A stretch of DNA of 64,000 nucleotides from Candidatus Poribacteria bacterium. Its GTDB lineage: Bacteria > Poribacteria > WGA-4E > WGA-3G. Positions within the stretch are counted from its first letter, which is position 1. Each line of letters opens with the position of its first letter. This document shows positions 1 through 10,600 of the stretch, in pieces. The translations under genes were made by a program, and so were the position numbers. The notes under the pieces are model-generated. The model saw only the letters and a list, made by a program, of their open reading frames with translations, was not told the origin of the DNA and did no database searches. The DNA is taken from the NCBI GenBank assembly GCA_022827625.1, contig JAJEIE010000027.1:174827-238826 (forward strand). Direction: 5' to 3'.

Positions 1-1
1 G

Positions 2-631
2 AACTGGAAACTCCGTATCCTTGACTGGCTCTCGAAATGCTATCCGATCACACACGTTTGTGTTGAAGATATAAAGGCACGGACGATAGAACGTGCGAAG
101 AAGTGGAATCAGTCGTTTAGTCCTTTGGAAGTCGGTAAACAGTGGTTCTACACCGAAGTTGAGAAGCGTTGGCAACTGCGAACCCTTCAAGGCTACGAAA
201 CCAAAGAGATACGCGACAGGTTAGGTCTGAAGAAGTCGTCAAAGAAACTATCGGAAACCTTTGATGCTCATTGTGTTGATTCTTGGTGCTTAGCGTACCA
301 CACAATCGGTGGAAACGAAATGCCGGATAACACAGCTATATTCTATATTTCTCCGATACCTATTCGTAGACGAGAACTTCATAGACAAAATCCTCAAAGA
401 GGGGGTAAACGTCCCCGCTATGGCGGCACAACTTGGAGCGGATATGTCAAGAACACACTCGTCAAACACGTCAAACACGGTTTGACCCGGATTAGCGGAT
501 TTAGCAAACAAGGTATCTCCCTGTATTCTTTAGAGGGAAAACGCCTTTGCCAAAATGCGAAGACACAAGATTATAAGGTGCTAACCCGCCTTAAATTTAA
601 CTATAGGAGCGGGGTTTCCTCCCACAGCTAA
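2..631 (+). CDS. RNase H-like (RuvC-fold) nuclease domain protein, 5'-truncated at the window edge; possibly an IS/OMEGA-type (IsrB/TnpB-like) nuclease
   Basis: An open frame runs from nt 2 with no start inside the window. It has a 'VCVEDIKA' acidic motif, and about 70 aa later 'FDAHCVDSWCLAYH', which resembles the RuvC-II (E) and RuvC-III (D/H..D..H) motifs. An Arg-rich basic C-terminal tail follows ('PIRRRELHRQNPQRGGKRPRY'). No HNH and no zinc finger are seen. Confidence 0.3.
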   Translation, partial: NWKLRILDWLSKCYPITHVCVEDIKARTIERAKKWNQSFSPLEVGKQWFYTEVEKRWQLRTLQGYETKEIRDRLGLKKSSKKLSETFDAHCVDSWCLAYHTIGGNEMPDNTAIFYISPIPIRRRELHRQNPQRGGKRPRYGGTTWSGYVKNTLVKHVKHGLTRISGFSKQGISLYSLEGKRLCQNAKTQDYKVLTRLKFNYRSGVSSHS

Positions 632-660
632 AGCAGTGGGTCTCCACCCCGAATACTTTG

Positions 661-747
661 ATGAAAATGCGTCTGTTTTTATGCACAATGCTGCTCAGTT
701 CAGTTTTTATTTCTTTAGGATTCGCACAAGAGAGTTGTCCTGCTTGA
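661..747 (+). other. Signal-peptide-encoding ORF (MKMRLFLCTMLLSSVFISLGFAQESCPA) ending in TGA, in the same frame as the downstream beta-barrel ORF
   Basis: Has an n/h/c region with an AXA-like cleavage site 'GFA|QE'. The TGA at 745-747 is in frame with the ATG at 775. Confidence 0.4.
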
Positions 748-774
748 AGCAATCCCGTCTTACCGCCGAGCGGT

Positions 775-1710
775 ATGATGAGTGAAGTCAGTTCGGCTTC
801 AAAAGAGATAGAGCAATTTCGAGTAAATATCAATATGTTGGCTTCACCTGATGCACAAGGTGGACATCTTGAATCAAGGGGACTTTCACCAACCGGAGAA
901 ATCGTGAATGCTCCTTTGCATAGACACCGTGTAGCGTTGAGTACTTACCGAATTGATGTCGGATTACAATACTTGCTTAACGATCGGTGGATGTTGCAGG
1001 CAAATATTCCGTATGCTGTCAGAGACCAAGATGCCAGCATTGAATGGCTTGATCCAGTGAGTCCTGAAGAGGAACAAGCCATTTTGCGGAGCCGGGATAT
1101 CCATCATCGAGATGAAACCTATACCGGGCTTGCCGATTCAGATTTGTTCTTAGGCTATAAAACTCACGGCCTCTTTAAAACGGATGATATATTGTTTGCC
1201 CGGTTAGGCACCACAATTCCAACCGGCAGAACCGAGGAAAACCCGTGGAAACTTGGAGACGCAGGTATTGAACACCTTCATATCCAGTTTGGCACCGGTA
1301 CTTTTAATCCTACTGTTAGTCTCCAGTACAGTCTGCCTTTCTACCAAAGGGGGTCTGTTAATGCGTCGACGCGTGGAACATTTCCATTCTATGAAAATAG
1401 TAAGACTTATCGAGGTCCAGTCGAATTAAGTTATACGATTGGCTGGAGGTATCGCCTTTTCGATTGGCTTTCATTTAACGGAAACTATCTCGGATTTTAT
1501 CAATCCGCTGCCGCTTGGGATGGCGAGCGCGATATCAATACCGGGTTGCGTTACAGCATGGCAGCACTCGGTGTGTCCTTGGCAACACTGGACGGCATTA
1601 CCGTCTCCGCCAACGTTATGTTTCCGCTGACGCAACAGACCCTTTATGATGAAAGTGATGCGATTGAATTTGGCAATTTGGTCTCTTTGACGACAACCTA
1701 TTCATTTTAG
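775..1710 (+). CDS. Outer-membrane beta-barrel protein with a C-terminal aromatic residue; possible pseudogene, or a read-through/selenoprotein if extended to 661
   Basis: Shows an alternating amphipathic beta-strand pattern and ends '...TTTYSF', typical of an OMP C-terminus. There is no signal peptide when started at 775; the signal peptide lies upstream, separated by an in-frame TGA. Confidence 0.55.
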   Translation: MMSEVSSASKEIEQFRVNINMLASPDAQGGHLESRGLSPTGEIVNAPLHRHRVALSTYRIDVGLQYLLNDRWMLQANIPYAVRDQDASIEWLDPVSPEEEQAILRSRDIHHRDETYTGLADSDLFLGYKTHGLFKTDDILFARLGTTIPTGRTEENPWKLGDAGIEHLHIQFGTGTFNPTVSLQYSLPFYQRGSVNASTRGTFPFYENSKTYRGPVELSYTIGWRYRLFDWLSFNGNYLGFYQSAAAWDGERDINTGLRYSMAALGVSLATLDGITVSANVMFPLTQQTLYDESDAIEFGNLVSLTTTYSF

Positions 1711-1780
1711 TTGGCTGTCAGCATGTTGTCTAAATCCCGGCAAAAGCCGGACAACCAATAAGGTAAAAAAGGAGAAACAA

Positions 1781-2413
1781 ATGAAAATGAAAGTGATGGG
1801 GCGAATTGTCGCCTCCTTCTTAGCAATTACCACCGTGCTGCTGTTTTCAGTCTTTTCGATTAAGGCAGAGGACGCGCACAAGAAGCATGAAACCCATCAT
1901 CAGGGTGATCACATGGCTGCTGATGACGACAAAGTACGTTGTGCAGTTGATGGCATGATGATGAAGCCTTCAGCAATGATCAAAGTCGAACAAGACGGAG
2001 AAGCCTACTATTTCTGCAGCAATATGCAGGTAGAGATGTTCAAGGCGAATCCGAATCAGTTCCTCCAAACAATTTCAGTGGGAAATTTGACATTTGATCT
2101 CAACGTACTAACTACAGATGCTTACAAGATGATGATGTCTCACATGGGAATGGGAGGCATGATAAAAGCCGATGAGATTAAAGGAAAAACACACTATATT
2201 AGTGTGTATCCGACCCAAGAACACGCTAAGGTTATGTTAGGTGATGTGAAACTCGCCATTCAAGTGACCAATACCGAAGGCGAGACGAAGATGGCATTGC
2301 TGAAATACAGCAAAATGACCCACACCTATGCAGGATTCATTGTTATGCCAAAGGGTGAAGAACATGAAGTTCGCATTCGCGTAACAAGTCCAGCTGTCAA
2401 GATTTCGCTTTAG
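1781..2413 (+). CDS. Periplasmic YHS/TRASH-domain metal-binding protein, His- and Met-rich (copper/silver-type)
   Basis: Has a signal peptide, a His-rich stretch 'HKKHETHHQGDH', a YHS-like motif 'CAVDGMMMKPS...YYFCSNMQVEMFKANP', and a Met-rich 'MMMSHMGMGGM'. A good RBS 'aaaggag' precedes the start. Confidence 0.65.
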   Translation: MKMKVMGRIVASFLAITTVLLFSVFSIKAEDAHKKHETHHQGDHMAADDDKVRCAVDGMMMKPSAMIKVEQDGEAYYFCSNMQVEMFKANPNQFLQTISVGNLTFDLNVLTTDAYKMMMSHMGMGGMIKADEIKGKTHYISVYPTQEHAKVMLGDVKLAIQVTNTEGETKMALLKYSKMTHTYAGFIVMPKGEEHEVRIRVTSPAVKISL

Positions 2414-2505
2414 TCTCATCAAATTCACTGGAGCGCGTTCTGAGCGCAATACCTTCAAGTGGAGGAAGTTCCGAACGCTGCTCCTCGCCTGTCAAGGAGC
2501 CGACA

Positions 2506-3864
2506 ATGCGTACAGTTAGTTTAGCATACCAAATGGCGTTAGTTGTTATCGGAAGCGTAATAGTGCTAAATGCTTTGGTCGGAAAAGAAGCGCACGGGAG
2601 CATCCAAGAAGCGTCAACGCCAGAGCAAATCACCGATGTAACGACTCTATTTGCTGAAACGCTTGAGCTGCCAAACTTAATTCGGGTTGCCGTTGCGCGG
2701 AGCCCAAAAGTTAGAGCCGCGAAAGCGCGGTGGCAGGCAACAATTGAACAGTATCCACAAGTGACGGCATTGCCTGATCCGATGTTCATGTACGGCTACT
2801 ATGTGCGGAGCGTGGAGACACGCGTCGGACCTCAACGCCATCGGCTTAGTTTTTCGCAGACATTTCCATATCCCGGCACCCTTGAGGCAGCCGGAGAGGT
2901 TGTCAAAAAGGCAATTGAGGTTGAGCGTGTGAAGCATGAACAAGTGATACGTGATCTCATTGTTGAACTGAAACTGAGTTATCACGAATTGGCGTACCTC
3001 CAACGCGCAGTCGAATTGACGCAACAAAATCACGAACTGTTAACTTCTATTCTCACGATTGCCACGGCGCGCTATGCCGAAGGAAAGGCAGTGCTCAATG
3101 ATGTCCTGAAGGCACAGAGTCAACTCGCCCAGTTGGAATATGATCTCGTCCTGTTGGAGGAATTACAGCGCGTTGAACATGCAAACATTACGGGGACCCT
3201 ATCGATTCCTTCAACAACGGCACTGGGTACGACAGTGCCTGTCCCATACCAGACGCTTGATGTCGGATTGGCTGATGTAGAGAAACAGGCATTATCAAAA
3301 CGGCAGGAATTACGGATTGCCGAATTAAGCATCGAGAAAGCCAGCGAACGGATTGCGCTCGCAGAACTTCAAACCAAACCCATGCTTAAACTTGATTTAA
3401 TGACAATAGAAACCGGTGAAGCATTGATGCCGGATGCCATTGGGAGTGGTAAAAATCCGTTCACCATCGGTTTTGGTGTAACAATTCCGTGGTCAAGTCT
3501 GAAGAACAGGAGCAAGATTCGCGAGGCCCAGCAAAACCGTGAGGTTGTCACGGCGAACAAACGCGCCCTTGAAGATAAAACGAAGGTCGCCCTTCGGAAG
3601 ATTTATTTTCGGCTTGAAAACGCCCGACGGCTCGTCGAACTTTATGAAACCACACTCATTCCACAAGCCGGTGCCGCAATTGAAGTCGCTGAGGAGTGGC
3701 ATCAGGAAGGTCCCAAGAGCATTGCAGGGTTCCTTGAGACGCAGAGCGTTTGGTTGAATTTTAATCTCGCTCGCCTGCGCGCGATCGCAGACTATCAACA
3801 AAACCTCGCTCGGTTGGAGCAGCTCGTCGGAGGGAAAATTGATGATTTACGTCCTGCACAGTAG
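2506..3864 (+). CDS. TolC-like outer membrane efflux protein (OMF) of a heavy-metal RND system (CusC/CzcC-like)
   Basis: Has a signal peptide, two OEP-type coiled-coil/barrel repeats, and an N-terminus 'LPNLIRVAVARSPKVRAAKARWQA' typical of OMFs. Confidence 0.8.
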   Translation: MRTVSLAYQMALVVIGSVIVLNALVGKEAHGSIQEASTPEQITDVTTLFAETLELPNLIRVAVARSPKVRAAKARWQATIEQYPQVTALPDPMFMYGYYVRSVETRVGPQRHRLSFSQTFPYPGTLEAAGEVVKKAIEVERVKHEQVIRDLIVELKLSYHELAYLQRAVELTQQNHELLTSILTIATARYAEGKAVLNDVLKAQSQLAQLEYDLVLLEELQRVEHANITGTLSIPSTTALGTTVPVPYQTLDVGLADVEKQALSKRQELRIAELSIEKASERIALAELQTKPMLKLDLMTIETGEALMPDAIGSGKNPFTIGFGVTIPWSSLKNRSKIREAQQNREVVTANKRALEDKTKVALRKIYFRLENARRLVELYETTLIPQAGAAIEVAEEWHQEGPKSIAGFLETQSVWLNFNLARLRAIADYQQNLARLEQLVGGKIDDLRPAQ

Positions 3865-5458
3865 ACACAAATTACAAGGCCTGTTTACCTCTGTAACACT
3901 GTTCACTACGCTGATAATTCTCACTATTCTGGTGGGCGGGTGTGTGAATCGTCAATTGGAAACGTACCAAGAACTGCGTAGCACTGAGATACAACCACCC
4001 GCGTATTACTATACAGAAGTTAAAAAAGAGATTGCCAATACCGAAAACGAATCGACTGGAGAACCAGACCCGTTCCTCAGTGAGATTGAAGAAAAAGTAT
4101 TGAAATACCAAAAACAGTGGCAAACACAATTAAAAAGTGAAATACCGATACCAAATCTGTTTTATGATCTTTCAACAGACACCGTGAAAACCTATCGGCA
4201 GTTGGCAGCGTCACCCGAAGAAGCAAAAACCCGGCTTACCCAACCTATTGTGTTGGAACTTCTTATAGCACTCGGATACGAATGGAACCCAGGCTTGAAA
4301 TCTGCCCATGAGAAAATTCGAGCTGTGTTAGAGCAATATCCGCAAGCGGCTTACTTAGAGAATGTGTTACGTCAGTATAACGCTTTCACAAAACAACTTG
4401 ATACCAAAGTTGGACCGATGCGCCATAAAGAGATGATGGCAATGAAATTTCCGTTCCCAGACACCTTAACGTTGAAAGGGCAAATCATCACTGAAGATGT
4501 GCTAATTGCCCAAAAAGAGTTTGAAATCGCCCTACGAGATCTGGTGACAGAGATCAAGTTGGCGTACTACGATTATCTTTTTATTCTTGAAGCGACCCGT
4601 ATTAACGAAGAAAATCAAAAATTACTGGAGCAGATGATTGCGATTGCCCAAACGAAGTTTCGGGTCGGACAGGGCAAATATTCAAACGTCATTATGGCAC
4701 AGGTGGAATTATCGAAATTAGCAGAGGTAATTATTACACTTGAGCAACAGCGCGAAACTATCATTGCGCGCCTTAATACGTTGTTGAACGCTTCCGCGGA
4801 TTTGCCTTTAGGACCTCCTGTGCCAATTGAAGAAGAACGCATTACACTTACTTTAGCCGACCTATATAAATTAGCGGTTGAAAAACGTCAGGAAATCCAA
4901 AAACAGAAGTTGGCAATCAGTAAGATGAGTTTGATGGTGGAAATGGCAAAGCAAATGACGTATCCCGACCCGACCCTCGGTGCAAGTTACTTTGAAAACC
5001 GGGCTATAGCAGACTTGAAACATAGAAAAAAAATGCCGATGACATTTTCCACACAACGGACATTGAATCCAGCAAATACTGCATGGTTCGGACACCGCAA
5101 TTCATACATCCACGAAATTAATGTAAAGATTGAAGTAATGGCGCATAAAATTGAAGAACTTGAAAGTAATCTCCGCTTTGTTGTGAAAAAACATCATTTT
5201 GGGATGGAGACAGCAAATCGGAGTATTCGGCTCTATCGCCAGACGCTGCTTCCGCAAGCACAGCAGGCGTTGGAGGCGGCGAATACTGCTTACCAAGCGG
5301 CACAAATTGACTTTTTGAGTTTTCTTGATGTCCAACGTACTTTATTAAATCTGAGGATTGAGGAGCAGCGAGCCTTACGCGATTATCGCCAACATCTCGC
5401 ACAGTTGGAACAGGCAGTTGGCACACTATTACCCAAACAATCGCTGATCCAAGAGTAG
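3839..5458 (+). CDS. Second TolC/NodT-family outer membrane factor, lipoprotein
   Basis: Has a lipobox 'LVGGC' followed by an OMF repeat architecture. Its start overlaps the previous stop; the true start may lie slightly downstream. Confidence 0.7.
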   Translation: MMIYVLHSRHKLQGLFTSVTLFTTLIILTILVGGCVNRQLETYQELRSTEIQPPAYYYTEVKKEIANTENESTGEPDPFLSEIEEKVLKYQKQWQTQLKSEIPIPNLFYDLSTDTVKTYRQLAASPEEAKTRLTQPIVLELLIALGYEWNPGLKSAHEKIRAVLEQYPQAAYLENVLRQYNAFTKQLDTKVGPMRHKEMMAMKFPFPDTLTLKGQIITEDVLIAQKEFEIALRDLVTEIKLAYYDYLFILEATRINEENQKLLEQMIAIAQTKFRVGQGKYSNVIMAQVELSKLAEVIITLEQQRETIIARLNTLLNASADLPLGPPVPIEEERITLTLADLYKLAVEKRQEIQKQKLAISKMSLMVEMAKQMTYPDPTLGASYFENRAIADLKHRKKMPMTFSTQRTLNPANTAWFGHRNSYIHEINVKIEVMAHKIEELESNLRFVVKKHHFGMETANRSIRLYRQTLLPQAQQALEAANTAYQAAQIDFLSFLDVQRTLLNLRIEEQRALRDYRQHLAQLEQAVGTLLPKQSLIQE

Positions 5459-5536
5459 TTTTTCTATAAGACTTGCGCTAAATAACTTTTTGTAAAATAT
5501 CGTTTCACACAAGTAGACCGGACAAGGAGTTTAAAA

Positions 5537-7510
5537 ATGCCTAAGAATTTTTACCGCGCAACCCTACTGATTATTATCGTGCTTTTCGTATTCGGCTGTA
5601 ATCAACAAGAGAACGCTGAGATGGCGCGTCGTGTTAATGAAAAACATGACACGGCATCGGAGGGCATGTCGGGTATGGATGGACACGCCGACCCTGTGTT
5701 GAGTGAAGGACCTGATGCAACATTGGAGAACACATCGGGCATGGATGAACACGGCGACCATGGCACAATGGTGGCATCCTCAGATGAAACGAAAACAATT
5801 CGGTTCTGGACTTGTGTTATGCATCCGACAGTCAAAATGTCAGAACCCGGTAGTTGTCCGGTTTGTAAGATGGATCTGATCCCTATTTATGAAGGTTCAG
5901 GGCTGGAACTGACTGAGCAACAGAAGGCGTTGATGCCGGTCCGCACCGAGCCTATCGCTTTCCGCGAAGTTTCGCGTGAAATCCGAACCGTCGGTGTTCT
6001 GGATTATAACGAGACGCGTATGGCGTATGCTTCAACGCGAATTTCTGGGTGGATTGAGGACTTGCACATTGATTTCACCGGTATCAAGGTGCGTGAGGGA
6101 GATGAACTTTTGTCTATCTACAGCCCAGAATTAGTCACGGCACAGGAAGAATATCTGACAACACTTAAAAGCATTGAGGAACTTCAAAATACAGAATATG
6201 TCCAACTTCGCAAATCGGTTGAACAGACGCTTACCGCTGCGAAATCCAAACTTGAATTGTATGGGCTGACCTTAAACCAGATTGAAGATATTCGCAACCG
6301 CGGAGAAGTCAGCACAACTTTACCACTGTTCGCTCCGATGGCTGGGACTGTGGTTCACATGAACGTTAGCCAAGGGCAGCATGTAAACAGAGGTATGAAT
6401 CTTTACCGTATTGCGGATCTCAATAGTTTATGGATTATGGCGGACGTTTACGAATATGAATTGCCGTGGATTTACATGGGACAAGCCGTTGAAATTACGA
6501 CGCAGGCGATGCCGGGGCAGACGTTTTCTGGCAAAGTTACCTATATTTATCCGTTTTTTGACGCGCAAACGCGGACACAGAAGGTCCAGATAGAAGTCGC
6601 CAATCCGATTGGACGCCTCCGTCCAGGGATGTATGTAACGCTCCAGATAAAACCGACACTTGCAGAAATCTATACACATGGGGCGATCTCTCAAGCACCG
6701 TATGCGTGCCCGATGCATCCATGGGTTACTTCTGAACATCCCACTGAATGTGAGATATGTGGCATGGATCTGGAACCGACACATCCCGATATGATTGGGT
6801 CTGAATCAGCGGCTGAAACAGATAAGAAGTGGGTCTGTCCGATGCATCCTGAAATCCAATCCGAGGAATTCAATGAATGCTCCATCTGCGGTATGGACCT
6901 CGTTGAAAAAGCGGAAATATCTACACCGGCAGAGACGACAGCATCTGTTTGGACGTGTCCGATGCATCCTGAGGAGCAATCTGATGAGTTCGGAGAATGC
7001 TCTATCTGTGGCATGGATCTTATTGAAAAACAGCCAACAGCAGCGGGAACTGACACCCATTTCCATGCACATCAACCTACAGTCCCTTCAGATCAGCCGC
7101 CACTAATTTTTAAATATGTATGTCCTGACCATCCCGATGAGTATGCGACTGTCCCGGGATTGTGTCCACGTGATAGAAAGCCACTTCTTATGACCGGGGA
7201 AGTCTTAACCGTTCCTAAGAGTGCAGTCATCAACACGGGGTTACGAAAGATAGTTTTTGTAGATCGTGGCGAATCGGGTTATGAACAGATTGAAGTCGAG
7301 GTGGGTCCTGAAGCTTGGGGAACATCAGGCGACTCAGAGACCAAACGCCGATACTATCCAATTGTTAGCGGGCTTACGCCTGGCGATATGGTCGTCACCC
7401 ACGGCAACTTCCTGATAGATTCGCAAACACAATTAACAGGCTCCGCATCTGGGGCTTATGGTGGGGCAATCGGTGGTGAAGAATCAGCAGCCCCGGTCCA
7501 TCAACATTAA
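5537..7510 (+). CDS. RND efflux periplasmic adaptor (membrane fusion protein, CusB/CzcB family) carrying five CxxC-type heavy-metal-binding (HMBD/TRASH-like) modules
   Basis: Has a lipoprotein signal 'VFGC' and MFP barrel/lipoyl motifs. The repeated modules are 'WTCVMHPTVKMSEPGSCPVCKMDL', 'YACPMHPWVTSEHPTECEICGMDL', 'WVCPMHPEIQSEEFNECSICGMDL', 'WTCPMHPEEQSDEFGECSICGMDL' and 'YVCPDHPDEY...CPRD'. Confidence 0.8.
   Translation: MPKNFYRATLLIIIVLFVFGCNQQENAEMARRVNEKHDTASEGMSGMDGHADPVLSEGPDATLENTSGMDEHGDHGTMVASSDETKTIRFWTCVMHPTVKMSEPGSCPVCKMDLIPIYEGSGLELTEQQKALMPVRTEPIAFREVSREIRTVGVLDYNETRMAYASTRISGWIEDLHIDFTGIKVREGDELLSIYSPELVTAQEEYLTTLKSIEELQNTEYVQLRKSVEQTLTAAKSKLELYGLTLNQIEDIRNRGEVSTTLPLFAPMAGTVVHMNVSQGQHVNRGMNLYRIADLNSLWIMADVYEYELPWIYMGQAVEITTQAMPGQTFSGKVTYIYPFFDAQTRTQKVQIEVANPIGRLRPGMYVTLQIKPTLAEIYTHGAISQAPYACPMHPWVTSEHPTECEICGMDLEPTHPDMIGSESAAETDKKWVCPMHPEIQSEEFNECSICGMDLVEKAEISTPAETTASVWTCPMHPEEQSDEFGECSICGMDLIEKQPTAAGTDTHFHAHQPTVPSDQPPLIFKYVCPDHPDEYATVPGLCPRDRKPLLMTGEVLTVPKSAVINTGLRKIVFVDRGESGYEQIEVEVGPEAWGTSGDSETKRRYYPIVSGLTPGDMVVTHGNFLIDSQTQLTGSASGAYGGAIGGEESAAPVHQH
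6817..7060 (+). repeat. Internal tandem duplication of about 126 nt inside the adaptor gene, encoding repeated CPMHP...CSICGMDL modules
   Basis: Two near-identical DNA units are visible (aagtgggtctgtccgatgcatcctga... / ...tggacgtgtccgatgcatcctga...). They generate spurious overlapping ORFs on both strands. Confidence 0.7.
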
Positions 7511-7608
7511 TCCGAAAATTTACTAAGTCTTGTTTCTGATGTTGAATTACTAAGAACCCTTTCATCATCCAGAGACAATTGAACTTCACCGAAAACCACC
7601 GTGAAATG

Positions 7609-7634
7609 AAATTATGCCTTAAATGGCATAATTT
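7609..7634 (+). promoter_or_regulatory. Perfect 10-bp hairpin (AAATTATGCC-ttaaat-GGCATAATTT) in the adaptor-pump intergenic region
   Basis: Read directly from the sequence. It could be an attenuator, RNA processing site or operator; the function is unknown. Confidence 0.35.
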
Positions 7635-7682
7635 GTCTTTGCTTTACATTTGGAACGGTGACCAGATTTAATAATTAAAAAA

Positions 7683-10600
7683 ATGATTAACCGAATTATT
7701 GAAATCTGTATGAAAAACCGCCTGTTGGTATTAGTTATCTTTGTGTTTGTCACAATAGCAGGTTGGTGGGCATTGAACCATACACCCATTGATGCACTAC
7801 CGGATATCGGCGAAAACCAGGTAATTGTCTTTGCGGATTGGCCCGGACGCAGTCCGAGGGATATTGAGGATCAGGTTATCTATCCGTTGAGTATTACCAT
7901 GCTTGGAATTCCCGATGTCAAAGATGTTCGCTCGACTTCAATGTTTAGTTTTGGTTACATTAACATTATTTTCAAAGATGATGTTGATTTCTATTGGGCA
8001 CGAACAAGAGTACTGGAACGTATGAACCTTGCCCAAAAAGACATGCCGGAGGGTGTTGTGCCGGTCCTGGGTCCTGATGCAACGGGTGTCGGACAGGTAT
8101 TTTGGTACACCGTTGAGAACGGGTACTATTGCCCGAAGCATCCAACGGAACGCTACGCCGAACCGGGCACCTGTCCGGAAGATGGAGAAAAACTTGTCGC
8201 TGCCAATTTAGAACTACATGAACTTCGATCGCTCCAAGATTGGACGGTTCGTTACTATCTTGCTTCTGCTGATGGTGTTTCTGAAGTCGCTTCAGTCGGT
8301 GGATACGTCAAGCAGTATCAGATCGACATCGATCCGAACACGTTATTAGCCTATAATGTGCCGTTATCAGCGGTTTATAACGCTATCCGAGGGAGCAATC
8401 TTGATGTTGGCGCAAAGGTTATTGAGGAAGGCGGGATGGAGTTCCTAATTCGGGGCTTGGGCTTTATCAAAAACATTGAGGACATAGAAAACATCGTTGT
8501 CAAGGAACATAACGGTGTGCCAATCTACGTAAAAAACCTTGGAACAGTCAGTGAAGGTCCCGACTTTCGGCGCGGTGCTTTAGACAAAGCGGGCGTGCCA
8601 GCGACCGGTGGTGTCGTGCTAATGCGCTACGGGGATAACCCGCTACGTGTGATTGAGAATGTTAAGGCGAAGATAGCCGAGCTTACACCGGGACTGCCAC
8701 CAGGAGTCCGAATTGTCTCGTTTTACGATCGAAGTCATCTTATTCATCGCGCAACAGATACACTGAAGGAAACGCTAACAGAAGAGATCATCGTCGCTGC
8801 AGTTGTTATCCTGCTTTTCTTAGGACAAGTTTCGAGCAGCCTAATAATAGCACTCGTCTTACCGATGGGAGTTTTGCTTGCGTTTGTAGGCATGCGGATG
8901 ATTGGTTTACCCTCGAATATCATGTCGATGGGTGGTATCGCCATCGCGATTGGTGTTATGGTGGATGCTGGTATTGTAATGACAGAAAATATCGCGCGAC
9001 ATTTGCAAGATCCACACCCAAGCGAAAGCAAACTTCAGGTCGCAACTCGTGCAGCTAAAGAGGTCGGTCCGCCCATCTTCTTCGCAATGCTCATTGTCAT
9101 TGTCGCCTTCATACCTGTTTTTTCCCTTACTGGTCAAGCGGGTAAACTCTTCAAACCCCTGGCATATACAAAAACTTTCGCTATGCTTGGTGCAGCACTT
9201 CTCGCAATCAGTTTGGTGCCTGTTTTAGCGTCTATCCTACTCACGGACCCAACGCGGACCCGAACAGGTGCGATTTCCAAGCGAGTCTCACAACTTCTGG
9301 GACTCCTCGGCTGGCCCCTCAGAAAGTTAGCAGATGGGATTACTTGGGTGCTCAGAACCAGCTATCGTCCGATTATTCGGTTGGCTGTAAAAAATATCTG
9401 GACGAAACTTGCCGTTGTCGCTTTGGCACTCCTGGCGTTTGTCGCAAGTATACCACTCACGCCTTTCTATAAAAATATCGGGCAGGAATTCATGCCACCA
9501 CTTAATGAAGGCGCATTGTTGTTTATGCCGGTGCTACTCCCGGGTGCCTCAATCACACAAGCAAAAGATGTGATGGCAAAACAGGATTTGATTATGAATC
9601 GATTCCCGGAAGTTTCACTTGTCGTTGGAAAATTGGGAAGAGCATCAACGGCAACCGACCCGGCTCCTATTGGCATGTTTGAAACGATCGTCAATATAAT
9701 TGACCCAGCGACGTGGCCCCGACGAGCGATTAAACCCAACCCGACAAGAGAACTTGTGTCTGCTCTTGTTCAACGCTTAATACACGACGGACTTATAAGT
9801 GAGGAACATGCAAGCCATATTGGTGCTGATTTTCTGGATGAAATTGTTGCAACGGCGGTAGAACGATTTGATACCTTAGCGACAACATACCACAATTCTT
9901 ATCTGTCAGTTGATGCGCGCGAGAAACTCTATCGCATCTGGTTATTACGGATTCTTTTGGAAGAACTCCTCGCTGAAGAACGGGCAGGCGAAATGCGGTT
10001 GGAACACGTCAGGGTTGGTGAATCTGAAACCGAAAAGAAACTTCATCGGATCGCTGAGGAAATTGAACCTACCCTCAAACATAAGACTTACTTCCGAACG
10101 AAGAACCGAAACGAACTCATCGCTGAACTGACGGAAGCAACCCGAATGCCAGGTGTCTCGCCTATTATGACGCAACCCATCCGTAATCGTGTTGATATGC
10201 TCGCAACAGGCATACAAACCCCCATCGGTATCAAAGTGTTTGGGAAAGACCTCGCGAAAATTGAAGAGATTGCCGTGCGAATTGAGCAGGAACTCCTTAA
10301 ACTTGAGGGCGCGCAAGGTCCCTATGCCGAGCGCATTGGAAATAAGCCATACCTTGAATTTCACATTAACAGAGAGGAAGCAGCGCGCTACGGCATCCAA
10401 ATCCGAACAGTTCAGCAAATCATCATGACAGCCATCGGTGGTATGAATCTGACCTATACTGTTGAAGGACGGGAGCGATTTCCAATTCGTATCCGTTACA
10501 TGAGGGAACTACGGGATAATGTTGAAGCACTCAAGCGTGTTCTCGTCCCATCACCAAAAGGACTCCATATTCCGCTTGAGCAACTCGTAACAATTGAAAG

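Noticed and set aside
2-631. Assignment of the edge ORF to the RRXRR/IscB family because of its Arg-rich stretch
   Set aside because: The Arg-rich segment lies after the RuvC-III-like motif rather than between RuvC-I and RuvC-II, and no HNH is present. Only a generic RuvC-fold call is kept.
2440-2505. Possible ECF-type promoter (GAAC ... GTCAA) just upstream of the first OMF gene
   Set aside because: The spacer length does not fit the sigma-E consensus, and the site would leave almost no 5'UTR. It is too speculative.
6428-7106. Several 60-120-aa ORFs on both strands inside the adaptor gene (6428-6784, 6691-7056, 6795-7106, 6806-7075)
   Set aside because: They are artefacts of the tandem CPMHP...CGMDL repeats and of the GC-rich coding strand. 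They lie fully inside a well-supported CDS.
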